Source: Squalus acanthias (taxonomy: Eukaryota). Taken from it: a stretch of DNA of 64,000 bases. Position 1 is the stretch's first letter, and each line of letters starts with the position of its first letter. The DNA lies in contig CM059431.1 of NCBI GenBank assembly GCA_030390025.1, positions 118,546,001 through 118,610,000 of the forward strand, written 5' to 3'. Below, piece by piece: positions 1 to 13,495 of this stretch. Both the position numbers and the translations under genes were made by a program. The notes below the pieces were generated by a model, which worked only from the letters and a program-made list of their open reading frames with translations, made no database searches and had not been told where the DNA came from.

Positions 1-1043
1 CGTTGCTGCGCTATGTTGTGCAGGGCGCAGCAGACTACAACGATTCTGGAGACCCTGGCTGGTGCGTACTGCAGGGCTCCTCCAGATCTGTCCAGGCATC
101 TGAAGCGCATTTTAAGCAACCCTATTGTCTGCTCTATGACACTTCTGGTGGAGATGTGGCTTTGATTGTAATGTTCCTCAGCCTCGTTTGTTGTCCTCCT
201 CAAAGGTGTCATGAGCCACGTCTTTAGTGGATAGCCCTTGTCTCCAAGCAGCCAGCGGAAAGATAGTTTGGAGGTCTGATGAGCTGAGGAACAGTGGATT
301 GACGCAGGATGTAGGAGTCATGGCAGCTCCTAGGGAACTTAGCGCACACATGGAGAATTATCTTCCTATGGTTGCAGATCAGCTGCACATTGAGGGAGTG
401 GAAGCCCTTGTAGTTGATAAACTGGGTTATGATGGGGTGCCCTGATGGCCACATGTGTGCAGTTGATTATGCCCTGCACCCATGGGAATCCAGCCAGAGC
501 TGCAAAGCCAACCGCACGCTTAGCAGCACTGGCTTCATCAGTTGCAAAGATTATACAATTCGCTGACTTGTCAAATAGGGCATCAGTCACCTGTGTAATG
601 CATCTGTGTGCGGCCGACTGCGAGATGTCGCAAATGTCTGCTGCAGATGCCTGGAAGGAGCCTGAGGCAAAGAAGTTGAGGGCAAGAGTGACTTTCACAG
701 TTACTGGTAAGGGGTGTCCACCCGCTCCTTTGGGCTGCAGCTGTTGCTCCAGCAATCTGCAAATGCCCGCCACGACCTGGCGTGATAGCCTAAGCCTCCG
801 TTGGCACTGCTGCTCAGTCATGTTGAGGAAGCTCATCCTCAGCCTGTAAACCCTGTGCTGGGGGTAGTGCCTCCGGCGAAGTCCAGCCCTGCACTGATGC
901 CCTCTGCCCCAAGCAACATCAGGTGGTTGAGGCAAAGGTTGGCGCTCTTGTTGTTGTTGCTGCTGTTGTGGTGCCTGGTTCTGCTGGTGTTGGGGCTGAT
1001 CGTGGTCAGATTCTGAGGACCAAGGTGAGAGAGTGTAAACCAT
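1..1043 (-). pseudogene. Harbinger DDE transposase (HARBI1-like), frameshifted
   Basis: Motifs [32 protein letters not shown] and, in another frame, [21 protein letters not shown]. Close paralogue of ORF 36671-37948. First catalytic D is N here, plus frameshifts. Confidence 0.9.
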
Positions 1044-1524
1044 ACCCACTCTGATGTAAGAGATGGCAGGTGACGGAGAGATGACGGAAGCAAATCTGTC
1101 AATGGTGGGAGAGGTTGTTCCAATGAGGTGGCACTGGATAGAGAGTTGGCTCAAAACACTTGCAAGCTGCACAAATATATGTCTTCCAAATGCAGTAACC
1201 AACAGTTTCTGAGCTCTTAAAGTGAACAGCTACAACATGGTATCCTTTATACAACTTCTGCAGCTGTCAGGCAATCAGATAATTCAACGCAGACTCAACT
1301 CAGGACATGCTGAGCTGACGTGTTCCCCGAGCAGCAGGTAACCCATGGGGGAGCACGTAAAATTGAAATGTAGGCTTAAAATAACAGTTAATTGGATGTT
1401 AACAACCCATGTAATGATGTGAATTGCCTCCCCCGTCGGGTTCCCTACCCGCTGTCAATCTTTGCTATTTTGACAGCTGACCCGCCTCCAAACCTGCCCT
1501 CTGAGCGCCGGCAAAATTCAGCCC
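1..1524 (-). mobile_element. PIF/Harbinger transposon, transposase-side end (runs off window start)
   Basis: HARBI1-like transposase fragments on the minus strand. Terminus AAAATTCAGCCC ends at 1524 and is followed by TTA. Confidence 0.9.
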
Positions 1525-1619
1525 TTAGAATTCCAATGAGACACTCTATGGAATCAGATTTCCATGGCATTTTGTTTTTAATCCCAATCATTTCAATTTT
1601 ATTTTAAATTTTTCACATT

Positions 1620-2382
1620 GGCCCAGAAATTCGGCTCCCTGGCTTCCCGCGGGTGCAAGGATCCCGCGCGCACCTACCTACCGCGCCTGCCGTTGACCTC
1701 TGGGCCCACGGGGACTTCGGCTCCTGGGCCTCCCCCAACTGCCAGCGCGCAGTGCTTGTATATCCCAGGGGCGTAGTTTGTGCGATGCATCCCCTGGGAT
1801 CACGTGGGCCATGGAGAGCCAATGGCAGCAGACCATCTTTCATTCATAGATTTGACAGGACCTGTCAAATCTATGAATTGAAATCGGCCCCAAAACAACA
1901 CCTAAACTTCAAATAATTTTTTTTTTTAAACCATCACATTTTTAAAATAACTATAAGTTAAATAATTTAACTACTTTAAACAAAAATTTAAATTTTTTAA
2001 AAAATTAAAATACTTTTTAACAGTGCTAAAAATAAACTTACCTTTCTTTAAAGTATCTAAAAACGATAAACCTGTTGAAAATTCTTTTTAATTGAATTAA
2101 TTAACCACTTACCTTGTTGAAAACGGGTCTTGCGTCTCCTTTTTAAAAGTGCAGCTTCTTCAATACTTACCCTCCCAGAGAAACCTGAAAAAAAACCTAA
2201 GTTCACTGCGTGCGCGCAGCCTCTACCGCGCACGCGGTTCACCTCTGAACCGCTCCCTTCACGAGACCGGAAGTTCCGGTTTCCCGCGCATGCGCAGTGC
2301 ATGCAGGAGACCGGCACTTCAGGGGGCCTTACGGATGAGTACACAGTGCGAACTCACCCGGCAAGTGCCGAATTTTTGGCCC
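1620..2382. mobile_element. Non-autonomous Harbinger-type element (family A)
   Basis: Imperfect TIRs GGCCCAGAAATTCGGC / GCCGAATTTTTGGCCC. Homologous to 11160-11897 in inverted orientation. Confidence 0.8.
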
Positions 2383-3122
2383 ATAATCTTTGTAAAGAAT
2401 AATTGTTGAATAGACTGTTGCGGTCCATCTGCACATGGCACCAATTTGTTTTGCACAGCCTTAGGCTTACGAAAATATTATTCATTTTGCTTTAAAAATG
2501 TATTTACATTGCTAGACTCAGCATTGCATTGTACTGAAGGAAGCCACTCGTGGATCTCAATGTGCTATATTTTTAATGCAGTTATGGATGTTAGATACAC
2601 TGGGGTACACAGCAGGTAGACCACAGTCTGATGCTGGGGTCGTTTTTTTGTTTTGGACTGTATAATGATTTTCCACTGTTCAGCAGCTTCTGTTTGCCAA
2701 TTGCTCTTGCCTTTTTTCACTCACATGCAATTTAAGTGTTCATGACAGAAGTCTTGGAATTCCAGTCTAGAAAATCTCAGGTTAGCTGCCATCAATATAA
2801 TGACTACAACAGTGCTACCACAGTCATTTCATCATAGCTCATTATACTGCTATGTAACCTTGCATCAATTTCAAAGGGTTCTTATCCCTGAAGTTTCTAT
2901 AGCACTGTTGCATTTTTAGTTGATGTAAACTAGTTGTTTATACACAGAAACAATAAAGGATGAATGTTACATTGCCTATCGTTGGTGTGGTCTTTCTTAC
3001 ACTTCACAAGAAGTTCAACCTCCAAGATCAATTTAAGTAACATGTAGAAATGTGTGGAAAAATCAAGCAAAGCCAGCATGGATTTGTTAAAAGCATGTTT
3101 GACAAACTTAACAGAGGTTTTT

Positions 3123-5770
3123 GAATCATAGAAATTTACAGCACAGAAGGAGGCCATTTGGCCCATCGTGTCTGTGCCGGCTGAAAAAGAGCTATCCAGC
3201 CGAATCCCACTTTCCAGCTCTTGGTCCGTAGCCCTGTAGGTTACAGCACTTCAAGTGCATATCCAAGTACTTTTTATATGTGATGAGGGTTTCTGCCTCT
3301 ACCACCCTTTCAGGCAGTGAGTTCCAGACCACCCTCTGGGTGAAGAAAGTTCTCCTCAACGCCCCTCTAATCCTTCTATCAATTACTTTAAATCTATGCC
3401 CCCTGGTTATTGACCTATCTGCTAAGGGAAATAGGTCCTTCCTGTCCACTCTATCTAGGCCCCATATAATTTTATGCACCTCAATTAAGTCTCCCCTCAG
3501 CCTCCTCTGTTCCAAAGAAAACAACCCCAGCCTATCTAATCTTTCCTCATAGCTAAATTTCTCCGGTCCTGGCAACATCCTCGTAAATCTCCTCTGTACC
3601 TTCTCTAGTGCAATCACATCTTTCCTCTAATGTGGTGACCAGAACTGTACGCAGTACTCTAGCTGTGACCAGCTAGTGTTTTATCCAGTTCAAGCATGAC
3701 CTCCCTGCTCTTATATTCTATGCCTCAGTTAATAAAGGAAAGTATCCTGTATTCCTTCTTAACCACCTTAACTACCTGTCCTGCTACTTTCAGGGATCTG
3801 TGGATATGCACTCCAAGGTCCCTCTGTTCCTCTACACTTCTCAGTATGAAGGGATATTTACTAGTCCTAGCCCCTTTAGGGCTACCCCGGATCAGGCGTA
3901 TTTCTCAGACGTTCACTTTCAACTAAAGTTTGAGGTAGCCGAATCCTAAAGATGCTTAATTGGGTCTAAAGGAAAGGAACAACCCGAGAATGTTACCATC
4001 CTCCAGATAGCACTTTTAATAAGTTTAGCTAGACTGTAACGTCCCGGATATTATGAGGGTCCAGAAAGTTCCCTCAGAATTCTGTAACTCTTCACCAAAG
4101 AGTGTACAGAGATTGAGTTTGCGAGTTATTGATACAGACGACTTATGTGAAACAATTCTAAAAATATATAGAGATTTATTAAAAGAACCGACATGCAATT
4201 TACAGTTGGTGAATCAGTCAATCGTAACGTTAACAGTTCTAAAAAGTGAAAAAATACTATCTTATTATTAACAGAGAATATTACTTTTAAATCTTAACTT
4301 CACTACAGTATTAAAGTTCTTAAAATTTTCTATACAGGATATCCATCAATATCAAATACCTTTGATCCCCGAGGTACAAAGAGTTGGAGACCACGAAGCC
4401 ACCTCTGTAGCCGAGAATCACTTTGCCCAATTAAAGTGAGTCTGATATCCCATTTGAAACTTCAATATTTATACCCTTTTTCAGTGTTATTTCCTTTAAG
4501 GTTTTCTGCTGATGCAAATTAATTATCCCTATTCATCTTTCTGCCGACCTCTGCAATTCTTACTGCTACATCAGCTTGTAATATTCCAGAATCTTGTCTC
4601 ATCTCCAGATAGTTTACCATATAGAACGGTGTGAAGGGCAGGTGTTCCTTATTTTATGTCATCTTTATGAGGGCAGATGTTCCTTATCTTATGTGCCGTC
4701 TTTACAAAGTTTAAATTAGAACACCTTATCCAGGGTGAACCATTGTTTTTGTTCCCAAAGGTCAGCCTGTCGGAGCCATGCACCTTCTGTTTCAATAAGG
4801 TTACTTACTCAGGGTCAACAACTGTCTTATCTCAATAGCCAGAATTCTTTCATAGCTATTTCATAGTTAGGTTTCTAAATTTCCAAACCCAGTTTGTCAT
4901 GTTTTAATAAGGCCAGAATTCTTTCATAAGATAGTGTATTTTTCTAAATAGGTTATATGGCTTATTCCTTCATAAGTATCCTACCATTTACTGTATATTC
5001 CCTTGCCTTGTTAGCCCTCTCCAAATGCATTACCTCATACTTCTCCAGATTGAAATCCACTTTTCTGTCCACCTGATCAGTCCATTGATATCTTCCTGCA
5101 ATCTACAGCTTTCTTCCTCACTATCAACCACACGGCCAATTTTTGTATCCTCTGCAAACTTCTTAATCATGCCCCCTACATTGAAATCTAAATCATTGAT
5201 ATATACCACAAAAACCAAGGGACCTAGTTCTGAGCCCTGTGGAACCCCCTTGGAAGCAGCCTTCTAGTCACAAAAACACCTGTCGACCATTACCCATTGC
5301 TTCCTGCCACTGAGCCAATTTTGGAGTCAACTTTCCCTTGGATCCCATGGGCTTTTACTTTTCTGACCAGTCTGCCATGTGGGACCTTGTCAAAAGCCAT
5401 GCTAAAATCCATGTATACTACATCAAACATGCTACCCTTATCAACCCTCCTTGTTACCTCCTCAAAAAATTCAATTAAGTTATTCAGACACGACCTTCTC
5501 TTAACAAATCCATGCTAACTGTCCTTCGTTAATCCGTGCCCTTTTGGAAATGACGATTAATTATGTCCCTCAGAATTTTTCCAATAATTTTCCCACCAAC
5601 GAGGTTAGGCTGATTGGCCTGTAACTACTCAGTCTATCTCTTTCTCCCTTTTTATACAATGGTACAATGTTAGCAGTCGTCCAGTCTTCCGGCACCACCC
5701 CTGTAGCCAAAGAGGATTGGAAAATGATGGTCAGAGCCTCCGCTATTTCATCCCTTGCTTCTCTTAACAA
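3123..5770 (-). mobile_element. CR1-clade LINE, 5'-truncated RT and 3' end, interrupted by solo LTR
   Basis: ORFs with YRPISLTS, KFAEDTK and LEKVQRRFTRM..LFSLEQRRLRGDLI. CR1-type 3' tail near 3123-3190. Confidence 0.9.
3847..4972 (-). mobile_element. Solo LTR-like insertion (1126 bp)
   Basis: TGAAGGGATA...TATTCCTTCA inverted ends (TG..CA). Flanks TCAGTA/TAAGTA. Minus-strand TATAAA (~4470) and AATAAA (~4177). LINE sequence resumes on both sides. Confidence 0.7.
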
Positions 5771-6602
5771 GGCACAGAAGAAGTAACTGTATAAATAAAA
5801 GAAATGCAATAGATGTAGTGTGTATGGATTTTCAGAAGGCGTTCGATAAGGTATCTCACAGGAGGCTTATTACGCAGATTTAGGCATATGGCATGAGGAA
5901 GAGTAGCTGCATGAATTGAAAGTTGGTTGACAGGAAACAAAAGGCTATAGATATTGTTCAGATTTGACATGAGTTAGAAATGGTTTACCCCAAGGGTGAG
6001 CACTGGGTCAATTTATATATGTATGTGTATATATGTGTATATGTATATATATATATATATATTACATGCTTTGGGCTTGGTCTTAAGGAGCACAATAACA
6101 AAATTTACTGATGACACAAAAGTAGCGGATTTAGCAAACAGCAAGAAGAAGTGTAAAAGGCTTCAGGAGGACATAAATGAGTTGGTAACATGGCCATGCA
6201 GATGGCGGATTCAACTTGATGCAAAGAGATGTGAGGTGATGCATTTGGGAGGAAAAACAATGAATGGGATTATTTCCTGAAGGAAAGATGCTGAAAGGCA
6301 TCAAGAAACAGAAAGACCTAAGGGTGCAATTACCTAATTTGTTGAAAGTTTGAGTGCAAGTAGATAAAGGCACAAAAAATACAAATAGCATTTTTTATAA
6401 ATCATAGCATGGACTACAAGAAGAAAATGGTTTTGATAACTTAATACAGACAATGATTAGACTAAGGTTGGAGCAGTTCTGAGTATTCCATTAAAGAAAG
6501 GACAGTGAAGCCATAGAGAACATAGAGCATAGATTCACCAGGATGATGCTTGGAATGGGAAAATAAAGTTATCAGGAGAGAATCCAGATACTGGGACTGT
6601 TG

Positions 6603-6762
6603 CCTCTCTCCTCCTTCAAGATGCTCCTTAGAACCTATTTCTTCCTGTCCTAATATCTCCTTATGTGGCTCGGTGTCAAATTTTGTTTGGTAACGCTCTT
6701 TTAAAGTGCTTGGGACGTCTTACTACGTTAAAGGTGTTATATAAATGCAAGTTGTTGTTGTT
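6603..6762 (+). mobile_element. L2 LINE 3' tail fragment
   Basis: Matches the 3' end of the L2 at 20210-20390 and 49960-50142; ends in (GTT)n. Confidence 0.7.
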
Positions 6763-6845
6763 GAAGCACAGAAAGTGAAAAGGAGATTTATGCAGCGGTT
6801 TTAAAATTATGAATGGTTCTGGTAGGGTGAAAAGCAAAAGACTAT

Positions 6846-7104
6846 GAAGTGGAAATCAGCCCTCGTTGCAGCCATTTTACGAGCATAAAATGGGCGTAAC
6901 AGGGGCCAATTTCTGGGACCAACATCCTGCGCACAAAGTATGCCTGACAGATGTCCAACCCGATATTGCACCATTTTTCAGGCATCCCTAGCAGCCACCT
7001 AAAACAGGTGTTTGGCTCCTTACATATGTAAATGAGGGGCTAACACTGTTTTAGGTCCCCTCCAGGAAACTGGCCCGAAAATGTGCCTAAATGAATTTCC
7101 ACCC
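6846..7104. mobile_element. Small Harbinger-type MITE
   Basis: GTGGAAAT...ATTTCCACCC ends, interrupts CR1 sequence. Confidence 0.5.
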
Positions 7105-7654
7105 ATATGTCTTTTGGTTTGGAAGTCAGTTATGAGAGGTGATCAATTTAAAATTGTCACTAAGATAGTGAAGGAAGAGCTTGAGAGAAATTTTTTTATG
7201 CAGAGAGTTGTTAGAACATAGAATGCTTCGACACAGGGAGTAATTGAGGCAGAGATTATTGCATCTTGTAAAGGAAGAGTAGATATTTGAAGCAGAGGAT
7301 GATACAGGGCTAAGGAGAGAGACCATGACAGTGGGATTTGTTCTTGATTGCTCTAGCAAACAGCCAGCATAGACACAATATACTGAATGACCTCCTTTGG
7401 TCCTGCCTGTAGACTTTTATGGCTCTTGCAATGACCTGTAAAGGACAAATACTTAGGAGGTACGGCTAGTGAGTATCCCCACCAACATGTGAAAGGAGAC
7501 AATGCACATGCCTGGTGCTGTACTGTAACATAGCATTTGTCCCTTGGTTGATTTTTTAGTGCCTCATGTATCCTGTTCCTGTTTTACTGTCAATTCTGGC
7601 ATTGCTTGTCCTTCTTTTGCTTTCCCTATTGTTCCTTGCCTGTCCATTTTTTGT

Positions 7655-8295
7655 TCAGACAGTTAATAAGGCTATAAAAAAGCAAACCAAGCACTGGGGT
7701 TCATTTCTAGAGGGATAGAATTGAAAAGCAGAGAAGTCATGTTAAACTTGTATAGAACCTTGGTTAGACCACACTTGTTCTGTGCACAGTCTCCATATTA
7801 TAAAAGGATATAGAGGAATTAGGGAAAGCGCAAAAAAGGTTCAGAAGAAGGATTCCAGAACTGTGAGGTTATAAGAATCAGGAAATATTGAACAGGCTGG
7901 ACTCTTTTCTCCAGGAAAAAGAAGGCTGAGGGTTGACCTGATAGAGGTCTTTAAAATTATGAAGGGGTTCGATAGTGTAGATGTAAATGTTTCCACTTGT
8001 CAGGGAGACCAAAACTAGAGGCCATAAATATAAGATAGTCACTAAAAATCGAATAGGGAATACAAGAGAAACTTTTTTACCTAGAAAGTGGTAAGAATGT
8101 GGAACGCACTACCGCAAGGAGTATTTGAGGCAAATAGTGTTGTTGCATTTAAGGGGAAGCTAGATAGACACATGAGGGAGAAAGGAATAGAAGGATATGC
8201 GGATAGGGTTTGATGGAGAGGGGTGGGAGGAGGCTCTTGTGGAGCATAAACACCGGCTTAGACCAGTCGGGCTGAATGGTCTGTTTCTGTGCTGA
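7655..8295 (+). mobile_element. CR1 LINE 3' fragment
   Basis: LYRTLVRPHL and RRLRVDLIEVFKI motifs and CR1 3' UTR. Confidence 0.8.
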
Positions 8296-8971
8296 GACTC
8301 GATTTAACTCAATGTAACTGTGATTCTGATCAGACCCACCATCTTAATCAAGTAAGCTCTGACTAAAATATGTCATCTACTCATATCTTCCCTACTACCA
8401 ACTTTTTTTTAAAGGACATTGGATTTTTGTGGTTCTTTCACATGCCTTCTCAAGCAGCTGTATTCCTCAACTTAGAAGCACTGCTTGTGGCCTTCCTGTA
8501 CTATTGCTCCACCTAGGAACTGTAAAATCTTGGAAGGTGCCACTTGCCTTGGATATGATAAATCTTCAATAAGTCACATTTACACATTGGTCACCACGGA
8601 TAGCACACATGCAGCTGCATTAATGTAGAAATCAAAATGATACTATTGGAATGTTTTATTTCCCCTAACCTTTTATTGAAAATAAGACTAGCCCAGAAAA
8701 AAGAAGGAACAGTTGACACCTTGATGAGTAGGTAGAGGTTGTTTGTTCAATTTGCCATGAAGTTCAAATGCAAAATCAATCAATCAATTGCCATCATGAC
8801 AGTAGAAATACAAAACATCATTTTGAGTCAAATCACACTGGTTCTGAGGCAAACTATCCAAGAGGTTCTCAATTGAAAACGTAGAAAATTAACTCTAGCA
8901 GTTGGTTTCAATCATTGCTACAATGTGCTAATGCATTAAGTAGCCAGTATCATGCTACAGATACATTCCTA

Positions 8972-9133
8972 GGCTGGGAAATTTTTCAGAACTGCTCTCG
9001 CTCTGCTTCACCAAGTTACTTCACCAAAGGTCTGATGGAAAAACCCATTTACGCTCATAAAAGGGGTTTCTGCCACACTTCCGGCAAAGTAACACCGGCG
9101 GAGCAGGAGCAGCTCCAAGCGATGTCCTGGATC
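8972..9133. mobile_element. ~160 bp palindromic MITE (same family as 47534-47688)
   Basis: Inverted arms, similar to the copy at 47.5 kb. Confidence 0.55.
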
Positions 9134-9479
9134 TAGAAATTGTAACCTAATGAAACGTAGGAAATGTTCCAGTGATAAAACTTGTAAAACAATAGCTACA
9201 GTAATTCTCTTGGCGCTCTTGGTAAAGAACAAAAAAATAATCACTCATTCTAGATATACAGTAATTGCAAGTTGTGATAGCAGGTGGTCTGATGAATCCC
9301 AAGAAAGGATTACCAATTAACAAACAGACCCATCTGTCCTATGTCAACACTTTCATCAATTGGACATTCTGCCTGGGGATAAATGCAATTAGCAGCAATC
9401 ACATGTAAAAAAGAGCAAACGTTTCTCTTTTGCAATTGATTTATAAAGTGATATTCATGACATTGCTTAATTTTGTAGG

Positions 9480-10960
9480 TATGAGGGAATCTATGGACAT
9501 GGAGTACCAGTAGATTGGAAATTAGCTAATATTCAAAAATGGTGACAAAAAGACACAGGCAATGACAGACCCATTAGTCTCTTTTTCATTTTGGAAAATA
9601 TAATATAATTGATTAATAGGAATAAACTTAAGTACAGTATTATCTGTGCAGTAATAATGTAGTGAATAGCAGTCAATGTGGATGAAAAAGGAAAAGTTCC
9701 TTTCATTCCATGTTCCTCAACTTCTTTGGGGAAGTGACATCTTACGTGGACTGTGGAAAGCTCTAAAACACACAGTTCTATATGAAAAGCTATTATTTAA
9801 ATGTGAGTTGTGGGGATTCAGGGTGAATTTTTTGGAATGCATAAGAAACTGGCTGAATGGTATAATGCAATGACTACTAGTTAGAGGAGTTATGTCATGT
9901 TGGGGACAAGTACTGAGCCTGGTGTGTTAGGTTTTGGGACCCTAGCTACTCTTTCTAATTTATATAAATGACCTGAATTCAGGAATTCAATGCAAAGTTG
10001 AAAAATACAAACCAGGAGAGGTAGTGGATTCAGTGGAGGCAGCTCTCAAATTACAGAATGAGGTGGACAAAATGTACCTAAGGGAAGAATAATGGCAGAA
10101 AAAAAGTCATGCAGACATGTGCAAAATACTGTGCATAAGAGGGGGAAATAGGCTTAATATGTATTTCATGACGGGTGTTGAAATAGCTACGGATGAATCA
10201 ATAAGAGAACTGAAAGTATTAGTAGACTCAACACTAAGCATATCCCACCAATCCCGAGCAGCAATCAAAACACCAATAGAATGGGAACTACATAGCCAAA
10301 ACAGTAGAATATAAGTCAGAGGAAGTCATGATCAAACTGTACCGTTTTCTGGTTAGAATACACCTTGAGTGCTGTGTCCCGTTCTGGTCAATGAGACATG
10401 CTGGGAAACATTCTAGCGCTAAAGACACTGATGCATTGTGTCAAAGATCTGAGTTATAAGGAAAGACTGGAGAAACTTGGGGTTAATTTTCCACTTTGCC
10501 GCCTGTTTGGTAACCTGGTGGAGTGGATCGCTCACCCTCGATAGGACTTGCCCAATTTTTATATTGATTTCAATGGAACGGAAATCGAGTGAGTTCTACA
10601 CCAGTGGTTGATCCGCTCCGCCAGGTTACCACCCCTTAGACTTTTCATTTTGGGAAAGCAACATCTCAGAGGTGATGTTATAGAGATATATAACATAATA
10701 AAGGCAACGAAAAAGGCAAATTCAGCATATCAGTTTAAACTAAATTATGAGAATAAGTCAAGGAGCATAGGTTCAAATTAGTAAAAGTAAATTTAGGACT
10801 GATTTGGGGAAATTCTTCTTCACACAAAGAATGGACAGATAGAGTAGAGGAGGTGAAAATTCTGGAAGCATTAAGAAACGATTAGATGCTGCAATGGGCA
10901 GGCTTTAGGATATTTTTGGATGAATGAATTTAGATGGGCTGAATGCCCTTCCTCATTCAT
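9480..10960 (+). mobile_element. Old, highly degraded CR1 LINE
   Basis: Remnants of ANI..FKKG, FLIYINDL and LVRIHLECCV motifs and a CR1-type tail. Confidence 0.6.
10479..10635. mobile_element. Small palindromic MITE inserted in old CR1
   Basis: GGTAACCTGGTGGAGTGGATC / GATCCGCTCCGCCAGGTTACC inverted arms. Confidence 0.6.
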
Positions 10961-11159
10961 AATTATATTGTGATCTTGTAATGTCTGTTCGTTAATTGCA
11001 AGGTGGGTAACGTCTACTCGTAATAGGAAACAACAGCTGATCAGGTAAGATTTTTACTTCTATTCTTTGCACAACTTTAATGCAGAGAAGAAGGAAGTTG
11101 ACATATCCAGTTGCTGCAATCACTTTATGGAGAAATGTGCTGACAATACGGAATCTATT

Positions 11160-11897
11160 GGCCCGAAAATTAGACCTAATACGCGAGAGTACGCACTGTG
11201 TACTCTCGCGTTTTAGGTCTCCAATTGCCGGTTTCCAGCATGCACTGCGCATGCGCGGGAAACCGGCACTTCGTGAATTCAAAAGGGGGCGGTTCCTAAG
11301 TGAACCGCGTGCGCGCTACAGGCTGCGCGCACGCAGTGCACTTAGTGCTTTGAACGCGCAGGTAAGCATGGAAGATTTTACACATAAAGAAAGGAGGCGT
11401 AAGACCCTCTTTTAACAAGGTAAGTAGTTAATTATTATTTTAATTTTTTTTCAACAGGTTTATCTTTTTTAGAGACTTTAAAGAAAGGTAAGTTTATTTT
11501 TATAACTTTTAAAAAGATTTAAATTTTTTCAAAAATTTAATTTTTTGTTTAATGTGGTTAATTTATTTAACTATACTTATTTTATTAATGTGATGGCTTT
11601 TTTTAAATTTAATTGAGGTTTAGCTGTTCTTTTGGGGGGGTATAGTATTCATAGCTTTGACAGGTCTTCCTGTCAAAACTATGAATGAAAGATGGTGTGC
11701 TGCCATTGGCTCTAACTGAATCACGTGATCCCAGAGCTCGCACGAACTAATTGCGTCTCTGGGTCACGCAAGCACTGCACAGCTGCAGTCTTGAAACTAA
11801 AGTTCGTGTGGGCCCGGAGGAAAAAGGTAGGCGCGGAGTGAGATATCGCGGGGAAGCCTTACCCCCGCATGAACACTCAGTGTTTAATTTCTGGGCC
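11160..11897. mobile_element. Non-autonomous Harbinger-type element (family A), inverted relative to 1620-2382
   Basis: TIRs GGCCCGAAAATTA / TAATTTCTGGGCC. Internal homology to 1620-2382. Confidence 0.8.
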
Positions 11898-13495
11898 ACT
11901 GTCTCTGTTAATTGCTGCTCAGAATTGGTTGGACATGTTTAGTGCCAAGTCTACTGAAACTCCAAGGTCTTTTTCATCTTTCTCCTTTGATATTGCAACA
12001 CCATTCATGGAGTACAGTGTACGCCTATCTTTCCTTCCTCTGTGCAGTACTTTCTACTTGTTTGCATTCATTTTATCTGCCATTGTTCTGCCCACAGATA
12101 TACTTTAGCCTACTCATTCTGCAATTTGGGAGCTGCCTCCTCTGATTCCATTACAGACTTCAGAGTGAAGGAAAGTGCTGCTGTGTTGACTGAGGCTGCC
12201 ATGGAAAATGGTAACACAAGTTGCTGATCATATCAACGGACTTGACCAAGCCAAAGCTCAACTGGAACAGATAGATACGCAGGTGTATGTTGTGCTCAAG
12301 GGAATGCACACTCAGAATAATTTCTGGCTGATACTTGTGAGCAGTGACATCCACGCAACACTTAAAAAGCTTGTCATGGGTTTACTCACCATGTTCAGCA
12401 TGTGAATCATCCTTTTATAGCACAAATCTCATTAAGGGCAGTTACTTGCACAATTTAATGGATGAAATTTTTTACAATTACTTTATGCAGCTGTGACTGG
12501 ATTTAATTTTAAACTTAAAATAAAATTGTCAGTACAAAGAACTGTTGATTTTTTTTTACATCAACTTACTTGCAAAAGCAATACAATAAAATATCTGGAA
12601 TTGAAAGTGTATTTTCAATATGCTCACTCTATTCCCCATACTGATAAAAGCATCAACCTTTCTAAGGAAACTAATTGTCCTTTTGAGCTTTAGTGCAAAC
12701 CACTTTCTAGATCTGTGTATCTGTGGGTCTCCACTAAAAATTTTATTGGACTATGCTGGCTCTTGTAGCATAATGACCCTCGCACAATTAGACACTACTG
12801 GTACATAGCCTGTCACCTGTACAAATATCATTTTGGTCCCTTAGCTTATATTTACATTATTGTCACCAATATTACTGCTAACAGTGGTGGCCAAAATAGT
12901 ATCTAGGCTGTGTCTGGGTAAATGCAGTCTAAGTTAGATTGTACTAACTCGTACTTTAGAAACTCAAATATTACTGTGGAGCAGAATGTGGTTTGTGTGT
13001 AATATAGTGCCTCAGAATGTGGAACACCACATCAGAATGTTAATGCAAACTTCCAAATAGCGAGCATAAAAACCATATACAAAATAAAATTGGCAAATTA
13101 AGGGATTTTTAAAAATGGAGGATAAATAAACAAAAGAAGTCAAATATATGAGAAGCTAACGTTGGTTGTGCCATCTTCAAATACATCATTAAAATTTTAA
13201 ATGTTTGTAAATTTTGAATGAATTTAAATGCCTCATTGTAATGTAAAAAGTGTTAAATGGGATTGTAGACTGTGGAAGAAAACAAAAGAGGTAAGTAGCA
13301 CTGGGGAATCTGAATACATAGGTTTATGGTTGTGTGCAAATTTGAACAAGGACATAGACCTGCAGTCATTTTTTTATGGACATGGGGTAATTACTAGGCA
13401 ATTATGATATGGAAAAAGAGAAATAAGCTTCTAAGCCACAATCTCTCGGTTATTTCTGTTGGCCCCATGCTCTCTCGCTTTTACAATTTCATAAT

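Larger units (their letters stand above)
5790..7400 (+). mobile_element. Degraded CR1 LINE RT/3' fragment with nested L2 tail and MITE
   Basis: YMDFQKAFDKV-like, KFTDDTK and KRCEVMHLG motifs, many stops. Confidence 0.75.
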
